DNA of 64,000 bases from Chiloscyllium plagiosum. Lineage: Eukaryota. Made by a program: the position numbers and the translations under genes. This document shows positions 1 to 12,662 of the stretch, in pieces. The stretch is from NCBI RefSeq assembly GCF_004010195.1, contig NC_057749.1:24133359-24197358 (forward strand), written 5' to 3'. The first letter of the stretch is position 1. The number at the start of each line of letters is the position of its first letter. Below the pieces are notes generated by a model that did not search any database, was not told where the DNA came from, and saw only the letters and a program-made list of their open reading frames with translations.

Positions 1-77
1 AGGTGGGCGGGAGTCCTGATTGTGAAAGTAAGCTTGGAGGCGGAGGCGACGGAAGAATTGTTCGATGTCACGGCGTG

Positions 78-308
78 TATATCTCCTTCCCCACTGACCT
101 ATTGTACTCTATGCCACTTTCTCCCCACCCCCCCCCTCCTCTAGCTTATCTCTCCACGCTTCAGGCTCTCTGCCTTTATTCCTGATGAAGGGCTTTTGCC
201 CGAAACGTCGATTTTGCCTGTCCTCGGATGCTGCCTGAATTGCTGTGCTCTTCCAGCACCACTGATCCAGAATCTGGTTTCCAGCATCTGCAGTCATTGT
301 TTTTACCT
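78..308 (+). mobile_element. Penelope-like element 3' end (pLTR + tail), family A
   Basis: C-rich 3'UTR, hammerhead core, then GGATGCTGCCTGA...TCCAGCATCTGCAGTC tail; same organisation as the terminus attached to the PLE ORF remnant at 54370-54845. Confidence 0.75.
178..214 (+). ncRNA. Minimal type I hammerhead ribozyme motif
   Basis: CUGAUGA(182-188)-A-GGGC/UUUU/GCCC-GAAAC-GUC; complete catalytic core, palindromic ACGU in stem III. Confidence 0.7.
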
Positions 309-835
309 AAAAGACTCGCATTGTCTACTCTATCTAATCCTCTGATCATCTTGTATGATGCTATCAAATCCTCTCTTAGCCTTCTTCTTTCCAATGAGAA
401 CAGACCCAAGCCTCTTAGCTTTTCCTCATAAGACCTTTCCGCCAGACCAGGCAACATCCTGGTAAATCTCCTCTGCACCTTTTCCAATGGTTCTACATCC
501 TTCTTGTAATGGGGCGACCAGAACTATCCGCAATATTCCAAGTGTGGCCGCACTAGCATTTTGTATAGTTGCAGCATGACATTACAGCTCTGGAACTCAA
601 TCCCTCTACCAATGAAACCTAACTCACCGTATGCCTTCTTAATAGTGCTATCAACCTGGGTGGCAACTTTCAGGGATCTATGTACATGGACTTCAAGATC
701 CCTCTGCACATCCACACTACCAAGAATCGTTTCATTGACCCAGTACTCTGCCTTCCTGTTATTCTTCCCAAAGTGCATCACCTCACATTTATCTGCATTG
801 AATTCCATTTGCCACCTCAGCCCAATGCTGCAGTT
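309..835 (-). mobile_element. CR1/HER1 LINE ORF2 fragment
   Basis: MEFNADKCEVMHFGK...LYKMLVRPHLEYC and EKVQRRFTRMLPGL...LFSLERRRLREDLI are typical CR1 ORF2 C-terminal motifs. Confidence 0.9.
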
Positions 836-1940
836 TATCCAAGATCATGGCCGGTCTGTTTGTGCGTCAAATTCTACATTCCTCTTGACCCCCACTTAAT
901 TAACCCTTTATTCCTTGGCCCAATGAGTATGGGTTCCCCTCTGGTTTATAAAGGTTCACTAATTGCCATCAGTTCCAAAGTCATGCAGCTCTCTGAGGGA
1001 GAGGTTTCCTACTCGTCTCCGATTAAAGATTGGGATCCCTAATCTTCAAACAGTGTTCCTCAGTTCTGGACCGCCCCACAGAACAGGAAACATCCACCTG
1101 GTGAAGACTGTTCAATACCTTATATATTTCAATCAAGTTTCTTGATGGAGACAAAACATCTACAGCTTCCTCAATACTTTCTTTCATAGGATGTAGACAT
1201 CGCCGGCTAGCCCAGTATTTGTTGCCAGTGACCAATTGTCTTGGAACTAGTCATTTCAGAGACAATTAAGAGTCAGCCGTGTCATTGTGAATCTGAAGCC
1301 ACAAGTAGGCTAGACCAGATAAGGATGACTAGTGAGCCAGATGGGGATTTTATGACAATCAATTCAGAGCTTCACAATCACCATTACTGTTCCCAGCTTT
1401 CGATATCAGACTTTTTAAATTTAAAAATGCACATTTAAATTCCACCCTCTGTCATGGTGGGATATCCTACCCAGTATATCCTACCCTAAGCCAAAACTAC
1501 CAGGTCAGTGACATTACCATTACACCACCTAGTAAGTACATGTTTGACGTGTGTACAGTAACATTTTTGATTTGAAATATGAAATCTTGTGTTGCAATTC
1601 TTTCAGTTAATAATTGGGAGCTCAAATTTCTTTTCAAAAGTTACTGGTCTCCACTGATGGTACGATGAAATTTGAGGAGTGTGTTATTACTAAGATTAAC
1701 GTGGAATTTAAAGTTTGAAGTCAGGCTTCAGGGCCTTTTAGATTATTGGTTTGGAGCAAAATAAGTCTGGACTAACTTTGAATCAGCAAGCCTATTTAGG
1801 AGTGTTCCTCCATTCCTAGTTAATCTCGCTCGCTCCTCGCAGAAATATGATGCCACATCTGAAGAAGAAACAATTACCAAGCTTGCTCGGTCAGTTGAAT
1901 TTGTTACACACTAAGACAAGATCAATGCTAGCTTTGATAT

Positions 1941-2145
1941 ACAGCCAGTCCCTGGGTCACAAATGGGTTCCGCTGCTGATTACGTTTGTAAGTCAGTTTG
2001 TATGCAAGTTAGAACACAGCAGGGTACAATATAAAATAACTGTTTGTAAGTACGAGTGAATGGCCGCATCGTAAAATTAAAATGGGATCTCATTACTAAG
2101 TACAATCTTTCGTAAGTCAGACATTGATGAGTCAGGGATCCCCTG
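1941..2145. mobile_element. Decayed Tigger/pogo-like MITE
   Basis: TA-CAGCCAGTCCCTGGGTCAC start and AGTCAGGGATCCCCTG end form degenerate TIRs; internal TCGTAAGTC-type motifs. Confidence 0.45.
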
Positions 2146-2324
2146 GGTTGGAAGTAAATACCATAGTGGGCCTCCTTAAAGTTGTGGATACTTCAAGGGC
2201 AAATGAATCTTTGAAAATAAGTAAGCATGGAGAAATGCATACCTCAGTTTCTGTAAAATGAATTGTATCTTTACTGTAAGTATAGCTATTGAGCATGTGC
2301 AACAGGAACTATGTCATTATGCTG

Positions 2325-2561
2325 GAGGAGAAAATGAGGTCTGCAGATGCTGGAGATCAGAGCTGAAAATGTGTTGCTGGAAAAGCGCAGCAGGTCAGGC
2401 AGCATCCAGGGAACAGGAGAATCGACGTTTCGGGCATAAGCCCTTCTTCAGGAATGAGGAAAGGGCCTTCCTGAAGAAGGGCTTATGCCTGAAACGTCGA
2501 TTCTCCTGTTCCCTGGATGCTGCCTGACCTGCTGCACTTTTCCAGCAACACATTTTCAGCT
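2325..2561 (-). mobile_element. PLE-derived hairpin element (family A) with two hammerhead cores
   Basis: 94-bp inverted arms at 2361-2454 and 2468-2561; tail 2325-2360; 16-bp direct repeat CTATGTCATTATGCTG at 2309-24 and 2560-75. Confidence 0.88.
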
Positions 2562-3171
2562 ATGTCATTATGCTGTCAGGTCACATGGATCCAGAGTCTG
2601 TCTCGAGGTTAGATGTCCTCCCTTACCAGCTGCTATATAGAGAGTTACGTTCATTAAAGTCTGGCACTGTTCAGTCTCAAGTATGAAAATCTTACACTGT
2701 TACAGTTTCCATCTTTAAATGAGCCAAAAGGTAGCTGTACCAAAGAGGCATGTGTTCTGTGCTGTTTCTCTTGCAGAGGGGTCTTCCCACAGTGGTGCCA
2801 GAATGTCTGCTGTGGACAGGCAGCTGATAAACAGCTTGGAGACATCCCTGAATGATTTGTTTTTGTTAAATTAGACAAAAGATGCATGAGTGACCCAGGA
2901 AATCTTTCAGATTTGCTTTCAGTTAGTGAGAAGGTTTCTGCTGCTAATGAGCTAACAGCTTGAGTTCTGTGCTGCTAGACAAGAGGCTTACTCTTAGAAA
3001 TAAAAAGAGGCAGACTGTTTCTTATAGGCTGGACTGAAGAGAAGCAGTACGTGAGAACCTTAACTGTTTTGCTAAATGACCTTGCCAAGGGTGTGTTAAT
3101 GGGATGCTGCCTATATTGGAACAGTTGATGAGAAGTAGTTAAGTAATACATTATTATGTTAGGTATTTTGT

Positions 3172-3905
3172 TGTGGAGAAAATCACCGGTCTCAGAGTCG
3201 GAGTCGGGGTTCAATGGAGTTTATTGAACAAGGAAATACCAGAGCTTCGGGGAGAGAAAGACACCGACAGCACAGTGGTCAGCTGCGAGTCTTCTCTCCC
3301 ACCAGAGCACAGGTCAAGATACTTTTATACATTGTGTAATATAATAGGTCAGTGATGAGGTTATTGTCTTTGTAACATGGTTTGTTTATTGTAAACATTC
3401 CAGAATCATTGATAGTTTTGATACAGTCATTGTCAATTCCAGCGCAGCCTTTGTTAATTTCAGCGCAGTCGTTGTTAGTTTCAGCGCAGACATTGTCAGT
3501 TTCAATGTCTGCGCAGAAGTCCATTGCTGTAGTAATGGGCGCTAATCGCTCTTCCTGAGAATTACAATTACTGCAGCCCTGGCTAATATCACTCTGTATT
3601 GAGTCCGTATTCAAGCTGTTAGCATTTCTAGCAAAGGTGTTGGCTGGACCCAGATACTTCGGCAGGCAGTATATGCTACTCATGTGTATTCTCTCCCCCA
3701 CCCACTTTAAACTAATCAACTCGGTTGTGAGTGCATTGTGCTGGCATTCTGGTGGCCCCAGGCAGTGTCTATATTTGCTCTGCTGTCTCTCTCCATATTG
3801 TGGTCTGGAGGCCATCTTGTGTGTCAAGTGGCCAACTTATGTCTCAGTGATCATTTTGTGTGCCAAGTGTGCCTAGTGTGGCCCTGCCCTGTGCCATCTC
3901 CCACT
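3172..3905 (-). mobile_element. Possible solo LTR nested in older LTR-like sequence (~2580-4127)
   Basis: TGTGGAG start; minus-strand AATAAA (~3219-24) and GTATAAAA (~3323-30); internal ~21-nt TTCAGCGCAG repeats at 3435-3520; no clear TSD. Confidence 0.35.
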
Positions 3906-4629
3906 TCAACTTCAACAAGATTAAAGTTATGCCAATTCTTCTTCTTTTGTATTTTAACTGTGTTGTAAGAATAAAGTGTGTTTTGATTAGTAATGGACCA
4001 ATCCCATCACAACTGGAACACAGCACCTGACGCTTGCTTTAAAATAAATATAAAAGTTAGGGGTCTAGGCTATTTCTTAATTATATTTGTGCGTGTGGGG
4101 GATCTGATCTGATCTGGTCCATATCAAAAGAAATTATTTAGTTTCCACATCAGTCACCAGTCTTCATAAGAAGCAGACAAACGCTACTGCCTTCATGATA
4201 GTTTTGTTGAATGAGATTGGGAAATGTTACCCTTTAGCCTGGGAAGATAGGAACTTTTTTTTAAACTATTAAAAAGCATTTTAGTTGCAGAAACACTTGC
4301 TCTGTGAAAGCAGCGGATATTAGATTAAATTTATCAAATATTTTAAGGGAAAGTCTGTATAAAGGGGGCACTGAAAATAGATCTTCATAGGAAAAAGTTC
4401 TCTTTACGAGAAAAGATTCTCCCAAAAAGCTCTTTGAGTAAGCTTGCCAGAAAGGGTTGTTAAGTAATAATTAGCATAGGGAGACTACTAGTCCTTTCAA
4501 AGTCAGATTTTCGAATAATCAAGATTTAAAAATCCTTTTATCTCTCTGAAATCTTTGCAAAACTGTTTCCCCAAACTCACCCGATTGCTAGTCAAGAAAA
4601 CTAAGCTGTATCACATTTTAAACTTCAAA

Positions 4630-4860
4630 AAAATCAAAGAACTGCAGATGCTGGAAATCAAAAATAAAAACAGAAATTGCTGGACAAACTCAGCAGGTCT
4701 GGCATCATCTGTGGAAAGAAAGCAGAGTTAACGTTTCGGGTCCAGTGACCCTTCTTCAGAACTCCCTTGTCCTGGGCAAGGATCACTGGACCTGAAACAA
4801 GAACTATCTCTCCACAGATGCTGCCAGACCTGTTGAGTTTTTCCAGCAATCTGTATTTGC
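4630..4860 (-). mobile_element. PLE-derived hairpin element (family B)
   Basis: Tail AACTGCAGATGCTGG, arm TTGCTGGACAAACTCAGCAGGTCTGGC... and its reverse complement at ~4783-4858. Partial relatives at ~21145-21250, ~22050-22140 and ~36610-36710. Confidence 0.75.
4727..4762 (-). ncRNA. Minimal type I hammerhead ribozyme motif
   Basis: Minus strand GUU-CUGAAGA-A-GGGUC/ACUG/GACCC-GAAAC-GUU-AAC: perfect 5-bp stem II and 3-bp stem I. Confidence 0.75.
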
Positions 4861-5654
4861 CCAACTTTTAACCTGTTTGTTTCTTTTCTTGGAAGCCTAT
4901 GGCAAAACCCATTTCAATTTAGAGAATGTTTAACAGTGAAAAATCCTCTAATACTTCCCGGAAAGTCCTTAAATGTAAATAAATATTCTCAACACCAACC
5001 AAACAAAACAATGGAAAGCAAGCAAGAATAACAATTTGCATTTACATAGCAGCTTTACTATCGTGAAAACTGCAGATGCAAAAGTTACGGAAGGGATTGC
5101 ATCACTGTTCGGCGCCCATATCACTTAAACAGAAATTTCACATTCCCTTACCTCTCCGCTGAAGAGATTGACTTACATGATGTTCAAATGGGAGCAAAAT
5201 ATGGAAATCCACACTGACTATTGAAAAGAATTTGTTTTTACAGGTGAAAATGAAGATCAAGATGATATTCTTCAGGGAAAAAAATGGAAAACAGACACCA
5301 GTAATGACGGGGCTACACTGGTATGCAATGCCGTTGTCTAATCTCCTTCATCTTCAGTGATAGATCACTATCTGCCACTTTTAACACTGGAGCCCATTAC
5401 ACTTCATTGAGATTGAGTCTCCACACAGTCAGATCTGTTTAAGTAAAGACCTCTTTGCTCCTAATCCTTTTAAAGACACCAGTAACTGAAGCCCCTGACA
5501 GGAATTTCATGGATGCAGGTGGTGTCATGTTTCCAAAGTTGTTCTGATCACATACTTCTGGAATATTCCCAAGATCCATCGAAACAGACTCAAATTGTCT
5601 GCCAGCATTTTACTAAACCTCATATGGTTCTATTGCTTGCAAGGATTAATAGAA

Positions 5655-5930
5655 TGTATAGAATCCCTACAGTGTGGAAACAGGCTATTCGGCCCAACAA
5701 GTCCAGACTGACCCTCCAAAGAGTGACCCACCCAGATCCATTCCCCTATATTTATCCCTGACTAATGTACCTAACCTACATATCCCTGAACACTATGGGC
5801 AATTAGCAGGGCCATTTCACCTGACCTGCACATCTTTGGACTGTGGGAGGAAACCGGAGCACCCGGAGGAAACTCACGCAGACACGGGGAGAATGTGCAA
5901 ACTCCACACAGACAGTCGCCTGAGGCAGGA
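5655..5930 (-). mobile_element. HE1-type tRNA-derived V-SINE (5' truncated)
   Basis: Core TGTGTGGAGTTTGCACATTCTCCCCGTGTCTGCGTG...CTCCCACAGTCCAAAGATGTGCAGG on the minus strand. Confidence 0.85.
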
Positions 5931-7084
5931 ATTGAGCAGAAATTGAGCAGACCAGACCTACATTCTCTGAAGTTTAGAGAAACAATTTTCAGAGCATCCA
6001 ACGGGGTCAACATTACCTTGGCTGAGGGTCTACGGGACACAGTGTCAGCTTAAGAAGGAGGCCATTTAAGACTAAGACAAGGAGGGTGGTAAATGTACTC
6101 CAGAAGACTGTGGAGGCTCAATCATTGAGTATATTTAGGACAGAGATTGATTGATTTCTAGATTTAAGAGATTAAGGAGTAAGGGGCGAGAATGTATGAA
6201 TAACATTGAGCTAGAAGATCTATTGAGTGGCTTGTCAGGCTTGAGGGGCCAAATGACCTACTCCAGCTCCTATTTCCTACTCTCCTAGCTCACTTTAAAA
6301 CCTCAATATTGAACACAATGGCAATGTTGAGAAACTTGCTTTGACTTTCTTTGGAATCATTCTCAGAAGAAGATAATGCAGAACATTTGAGTTTGTTTCA
6401 TTTCTGAGATGTAGAGATCCCTATCATTTATTGTCCATCTCTAACTGCCCTTGAGAAGGTGATGATGAGCTGCTCCCTTGAACTGTTGCAGTTGATTTGA
6501 TGGGATGTTGAAACATTCACAATTTAATTAAGATGGGAGTTACTCAACTTACCTTTTACTATATTTTACCCCAGTCCACTTTTCCCAGCCTTTGCAAATA
6601 GATTTGAATTAATTTTCAGATGTCACCTTTCCATTTTAATGACGAACTTTGTCAGAGTGCTGATGGGGCTCATTTAACATTCAGTTGCCCGGCAATTAAC
6701 CGACAAAACAACGTTGCAAGATTTCACATTTTATTTTCGAACAAAACATGCTGCATTGTAGTTGTGTGTGGATTTTTACTTCAATGGCTGGTACTTTTAC
6801 ATTTTTAACACAGCCTCATGCAGAGTATCTAAAAGGGGATTGTTTGTGAGCAGCCTGCTCTGTGCTTTCGTGATTTGCTGAGTATTAGCTGTGCATGTGC
6901 ACAGAGGCAACTGTGCTGGGACCCTTACCTTTAATCTGGTAACTTCAGAGAGTTGGACACTGCCAGAGAGCCACCATTATAATGAGGCCAAAGTGTGGCC
7001 AATTCGCCCATTGGGAAAAGTGGGGGAGGGGGTGGAATGAATTTTATTGTACAGCAATCCTAGCTGAACGACCATAATGGATAA

Positions 7085-7395
7085 AATAATCGTAGAACCC
7101 CGACAGTGTGGAAACAGGCCCTTCGGCCCACACCAACCCTTCAAGGAGTATCCCACCCAGACCCATTCCCCTACCCTATTTCTCTACATTTACCCCGACT
7201 AATACTTGTAATCCCTGAACACTATGGGCAATTTACCTAACCTGCACATCTTTGGATCGTGGGAGGAAACCGGAGTAAACCCACACAGACATGGGGAGAA
7301 CATGCAAACTCCACACAGACAGTTGCCTGAGGCTGGGATCGAACCCGGGTCCCTGGCGCTGTGAGGCAGCAGTGCTAACCACTGAGCCACTGTGC
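7085..7395 (-). mobile_element. HE1-type V-SINE
   Basis: tRNA-like head (TGGCTCAGTGG A box, GGTTCGATCCC B box), V core and CR1-like tail. Confidence 0.9.
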
Positions 7396-8530
7396 CAAGT
7401 GCATGGTGTGTCAAATATTTAATGCAGGGAAAACTCCCAGTGTCAAGCCTGATTCTCAGCCCCAGCCATGGGGCCCCTTTGTGCATCTGCAAATGGACTT
7501 TATACAAATGCCGTAATGTATGGGTTCTAGTTGTGTATTAGTTATTTTAGATGTATTCTCCAGTTGGGTGGTAGCTTAACCTACCTGAAAGAATGATGCC
7601 ACAGTGGATGCCAAGATCTTGTTGCGAGACTTTGCACTCTGTTTTGGAGTGCCACAACAGATATCAAGCCAAAATGGACCACATTTTACAGGACAAATTG
7701 TTAAGGAACTGCTTAAAGGTCTCCAGAGTAAACATCATCTGACATGTCCACATCATCCCCCAATCAACAGGAACAGTGGAAAGTCACCACGGAAAATTAA
7801 AGAATAGAGATGCAAAGCTTTGTGCTGAAGCTGGCCTGAAATAGCCTGATGAGTTACCTATCGCACTCATGTTAATGAGATCAAGTCCTAACCAGATAAC
7901 AGGAGATAATCATGGGTAGACCAATGAGACTACTAATAAATGTTCCTCTTACCACTGAGCAGATGGATGGCCGTAGCATGGATGAAACTTTGTTAAATTA
8001 CTACATAGTGTTAACTATCATTTAAAGATTTCTACTCACAGGTTTAGATTAGATTCCCTTCAGCCCGACAAGTCCACACCGACCCTTCAAAGAGGAACCC
8101 AGACCCATTTCTCTCCGACTAATCCACCTAACACTCCAGGCAATTTAACTTGGCCAATTCACCCTGAGCTGCACATCTTTGGACTGTGGGAGGAAACCCA
8201 CATAGACACGGGGAGAATGTGCAAACTCCACACAGACAGTCACTTACGGGTGGAATCAAACCCAGGTCCCTGGCGCTGTGCGGCAGCAGTGCTAACCACT
8301 GAGCCACCGTGCCTCCCAAGGTTATTGAAACCCAACTATTGAAAGCAGCCACGTGTACCAGCCAGGAGACTTCGTGTTTGTGGAGTCATTCCGCCGAAAG
8401 AACTGTTTGGAACCCAGGTGGGAATGGCCGTTTCATTGGTAACCCACACGGCAGTGAAGACAGAAGGAAAGCCCATGTGGGTCCACGCATCACATGTTAA
8501 GCCAACACCAACCCCTGAAGACCAGACAGG
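7396..8530 (+). mobile_element. Decayed endogenous retrovirus (class I, gamma/epsilon-like) integrase, split by a SINE at 8045-8312
   Basis: Manual translation: KCMVCQIFNAG..GPFVHLQMDFIQMP*..VILDVFSSWV..FGVPQQISSQNGPHFTG..HHP; after the SINE, QPGDFVFVESFRRKNCLEPRWEWPF..THTAVKTEGKPMWVHASHVK. Stops and frameshifts are present. Confidence 0.85.
8045..8312 (-). mobile_element. HE1-type V-SINE inserted in the ERV
   Basis: Same consensus as the other copies; integrase homology resumes on both sides. Confidence 0.88.
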
Positions 8531-8834
8531 ATGAGGAGCACGTAGAGACTGTCATACTTTTACTGTATTCTGTCGCCTGACAATCCATTGTCACGATGTT
8601 CCCATTTTGGGAACCGAGAATCATTCTGATTGCCTCTGCTGGGGAGTTACTGATTGGTTAGCACGAGCTTGATGTGAATACTTTCTAAATCAGAGGACTC
8701 CTCTGCATTGAGATCTACGTCAATCCCTCTATTGGCAGTGCAGGGTTCAAATCCCACTCCAGCCAGTCTAAGTGAGTGCGCCCTGAAGCTAGGATCTGAA
8801 GCTGTGTTAAATCCCTACGTCTGGTAGCTACAGA

Positions 8835-9420
8835 TACCAACAGCCACACTCAGGCAACAACTCACCAGAATAAAACACCCTCAACCCAACATGGGCAAGA
8901 CAAACATAATTTGCAAGATTCCATGCAAAGACTGCACGATAAAGGACAAACAGGCAGACAACTGGCAATCCACGAACACCAACTAGCCACTAAACGCCAT
9001 GACCAACTGCTCCCTAGTTGCCACACACACAGATGACAAGGACCACAAATCCGACTGGGACAACACAACGATCACAGGACAAGCTAAACAGAGAATAGCC
9101 AGAGAATTCTTAGAAGCATGGCACTCATCCATGGACTCCATCAACAAGCACATAGACCTAGACCCAATATATCGGCCACTACACCGAACAACCGGAACCG
9201 GCAACCGGAAGCAGCAGGAATGGAACCAAATACATTCCAGAAGACACGCTACTGCAGCACTTTACAAGAGGCACCAACGCCCTGAAGGTGTCACGTAGAC
9301 AAGGGACAAAACATCTGCAAATCAACTCCTCAGCTCGGTGAACATACCCACAACTACGGCAGGTGATCTACCCACCCTCTCATCGTGTGTGGCCTACAGT
9401 CTGCGACTGACCAAACACGG
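8835..9420 (+). mobile_element. Penelope-like element 3' fragment (GIY-YIG endonuclease remnant + pLTR)
   Basis: NIICKIPCKDC..GQTGRQL...HTDDKDHKSDWDNTTITGQAKQRIAREFLEAWHS..SINKHIDLDPIY; decayed hammerhead at ~9282-9316. Confidence 0.85.
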
Positions 9421-9981
9421 TCTGGTACAGAAGAGTGTTTCCAGCTATAAAAGCAGTGTTAATGTTTTAGCTTGTCATTCTGTTAATCTGTTAACAAATT
9501 CTTCCACTGTTTCACAGCATTCTCCACAGCAAGACTCCCTTTCATCCCCTTAAAGACTATCCATTTGCCTTTGTCTGATAGAGATCAAAATGAGCATTTC
9601 GCATTTTTTCTGGAGCACAGTGTCGAGGTTGGATTGATTCCACGTGGGGTTGCCACGGTTTCTGTTCCAGAATGTAGGTGGGGCTTAAGCCCTTTAATCC
9701 CTTCAGCAATGGTACTCTTGGAAAAGGCAGGAAGGCATTGCAATTCAGAATTCCTGTAACTTCCATATTGGGAGTATTGCATGCCAGTGATGTCAGAAGC
9801 TTGTGTTTGTCAGGTCAACTCCTGATCCTTTTCCCCCTCCACGTAATATACTCCATTCTCCCTACAAACCTTTCCCTGCGCTCACCCACCTCCCTGCAGA
9901 TGAGGGAAGGGGCTACGAGGACAGAGATGCAATTGGAATCTCTGTTTTCTGGGTTCAGACTGCTCTTCCAATTTCCTGTAC

Positions 9982-10312
9982 AGGCACGGTGGCTCAGTGG
10001 TTAGCACTGCTGCCTCACAGCAGCAGGGACCTGGGTTCGATTCCAGCCTCGGGTGACTGTGTGGAGTTTGTACATTCTCCCAGTGTCTGTGCAGATTTCC
10101 TCTGGGTGCTCTGATTTCCTCCCACAATCCAATGATGTGCTGTTCAGGTGAATTGCCCATGTTAAATTGCCCGTGGTGTTTAGGGCTGTGTCAGTTAGAT
10201 GCATTAGTAAGGGGTAAATGCAGGGGAATAGGTTTGGGTGGGATACTCTTTGGAGGGTCTGTGTGGACTTGTTGGGCCAAAAGGTCTGTTTCCACACTGT
10301 AGGGATTCTATG
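9982..10312 (+). mobile_element. HE1-type V-SINE, full length
   Basis: GGCACGGTGGCTCAGTGGTTAGCACTGCTGCCTCACAG...GGTTCGATTCC head through TTTCCACACTGTAGGGATTCTATG tail. Confidence 0.92.
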
Positions 10313-10774
10313 TCTATATCAGCACTGAGGGAGCGCCTTGTCTCCTCTGGGATTCACTCACCTCCTCCTTATGGGACAGTACACCCTCCAACATCCAGTG
10401 ATCTTTGCTGCTGGTTTGACAGTCTGAGGAGTTAAGACTAAAACATTTCCTGGAATAAAGACTCAGTGTACAAAATCATGGATTGCAAACAAAGGACATT
10501 CAGTCCACCCCATTCTACAGTTCGATTTGTCCCACTCCCCCACTCTTGCCCCATAACCCTGTGGCATTTTCATTTCAGTATTTTCCAAAGTTTTTAAGTT
10601 ATTACGGAATCTGCTTCCTTCCAGACAGAACATTCCAAAGCAGATCCAGGCAGCTCACTGTAAAAAGGGAAAAAAAAGTTCTCATTGTTTCTTCTCCAAT
10701 CACGCTGTTTCTTTCTGTTTTGGTTGGCAGCTCTGTCACATCTGAATCAGACCCTGTATCTAAGCTTACCCCAG

Positions 10775-11095
10775 GGACTTGAGCACAAAGATCAAAGCTG
10801 GCATTATACTACAGTACCTGGGGTGTGCTGAACTGATTGAGATGCCACCTTTTGGATGAGACTGAGTCTCCATCTATCCTTGGGCAGACATGAAAGATCC
10901 CACAACACAATGATGAGGGGAAGCTGTCACGAATGCCAATAGTTTTCCTTCAGTCAAAGCCAGGAAAAACAGATTGTTTGGTCATTATTATATTGGCTGT
11001 GCACGACTTGCTTACTGTGTTTCCTAAATTACAATAATGATTCTACTTCTCAGTACCTTCACCAGCTGTGAAATGTTCCGCAATGTCTGATGGCC
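10775..11095 (+). mobile_element. Old DeuSINE (SacSINE1/AmnSINE-like)
   Basis: Degenerate GTGCTG..GATGCCACCTTTTGGATGAGAC..AAAGATCCCA..CAGATT..TGGTCATTAT core. Relatives at ~18690-19050, ~20905-21420, ~27905-28120 and ~29800-30070. Confidence 0.6.
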
Positions 11096-12124
11096 ACTGG
11101 AAATATTAACCTTTCGTTCCAATGGCTTTTCAATACTGATTACTGATGTTCCTGCTCATCCATTATTCACTCCATTCACACTCTTATAACTTTGAACACC
11201 TCAATTGAACCTCCCGTTGGCTCTCAGTGATCCAAGGAGCATGACATCAGTTTCTCCCGTCTCTCCACATTCCTCAAAGTCACTCATTCTTGCTGCCATA
11301 CCAGTCAATCCCCTCTGAACCTTTTACCACAATATTTAATCTGTTCTGGTGACAGAAGTTTTCTCTGTCCTCCAGGGGAGAAGCATCAATGCCACAGGAA
11401 CACTGTTAAGTATCTCACCGTCACCACATGAATGTAGGTTATTAATCCTTCAGGATCAGGCTTCAGGAACTATTGATATAACACCACTATGAGAAAATTC
11501 ACTACAGGGACAGCAATCATTCACGTAAAGGTGCATTATACCCATTTCAAACCAATGGGCAATAAATGCTGGTCTTTCTAAAATGACAGATGTTTCAGAA
11601 TTATTTTTTGAATAGTGTCCCTCATTAATGTTTATAATTCACTATCCTGCTTGATTGACACCCTATCTACCTCCTTCAGCATTCACACCCTTCATCACCA
11701 ATGCACAGCAGCAGCAGTGTGTACCATCTTCAAGCAACAGCACCTTCCAAACCTGTGACTGTGACCATCTGGAAGGACAAAGCACCACCATTTGCAAGAT
11801 CTCCTCCAAACCACTGATTCGATATATTACCATTCCTCCAGCGGGTAGCTGGTTCAAAACACCATACCTCCCTCCTTGACAGCTTTGTGGCTTGCCCTAC
11901 ATTGTATAGACAGGGGACTATTGTGGTAGTCTCCCCACCTCTGGGCTAGGAAGCCTGGGTTCAAATCTCACCTGCTTCCAGAGGCGTGTCATCAGACATC
12001 TAAGCAGGTAAGGTAGAAAATAACACCACACAGATTGCAGTCGTGCAAGAAGGGAGGTCCTCATCACATTCTCAAGGGCAATGAATGCTGGTCCAGCCAG
12101 TGACACCCATATTCATGGATGAAT

Positions 12125-12662
12125 GTCAGTTTGCTTGCTGAGCTGGAAGGTTCGTTTTCAGACGTTTCGTCATCATACTAGGTAACATCATCAGTGGGTC
12201 TTCGGTGAAGCACGGGTGGTATGGCCCACTTTTTATTTACATGTTTAGGTTTCCTTGGGTTGGTGATGTCATTTCCTGTGGTGATGTCATTTCCTGTTTA
12301 TTTCCTCAGGTAAATGGGATCCAAGTCAATGTATTTGTTGATAGAGTTCTGTTTGGAGTGCCCTGCTTGTAGGAATTTTCACGCATGTCTCTGTCTGGCT
12401 TGTCCTAGGATGAACGTGTTATCCCAGTCAATGCGGTGTCCTTCCTCAACAGTATGTAAAAATACTAATGAGAGTGGGTCATGTCTTTTTGTGGCTAGTT
12501 GCTGTTCATGCATCCTGGCGGCTAGTTTTCTGCCTGTTTGTCCAATGTAGTGTTTGTTACAGTCCTTGCATTGTATTTTGTAAATGATATTGGTTTTGCT
12601 TGTTGTCTGTATAGGGTCTCTCAAGTTCATTAGCTGCTGTTTTAGTGTGTTGGTGAGTTTGT
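12125..12662 (-). mobile_element. Penelope-like element 3' fragment (GIY-YIG remnant + hammerhead pLTR), family D
   Basis: ORF 12379-12630 NIIYKIQCKDCNKHYIGQTGRKL...HRIDWDN matches the GIY-YIG motif; CUGAUGA...GAAACGUC at 12194-12161. Confidence 0.9.

Noticed and set aside
9982..10060. tRNA genes (A/B boxes, many copies)
   Set aside because: These are SINE heads that continue into the V-domain body and a LINE-like tail; there is no complete cloverleaf.
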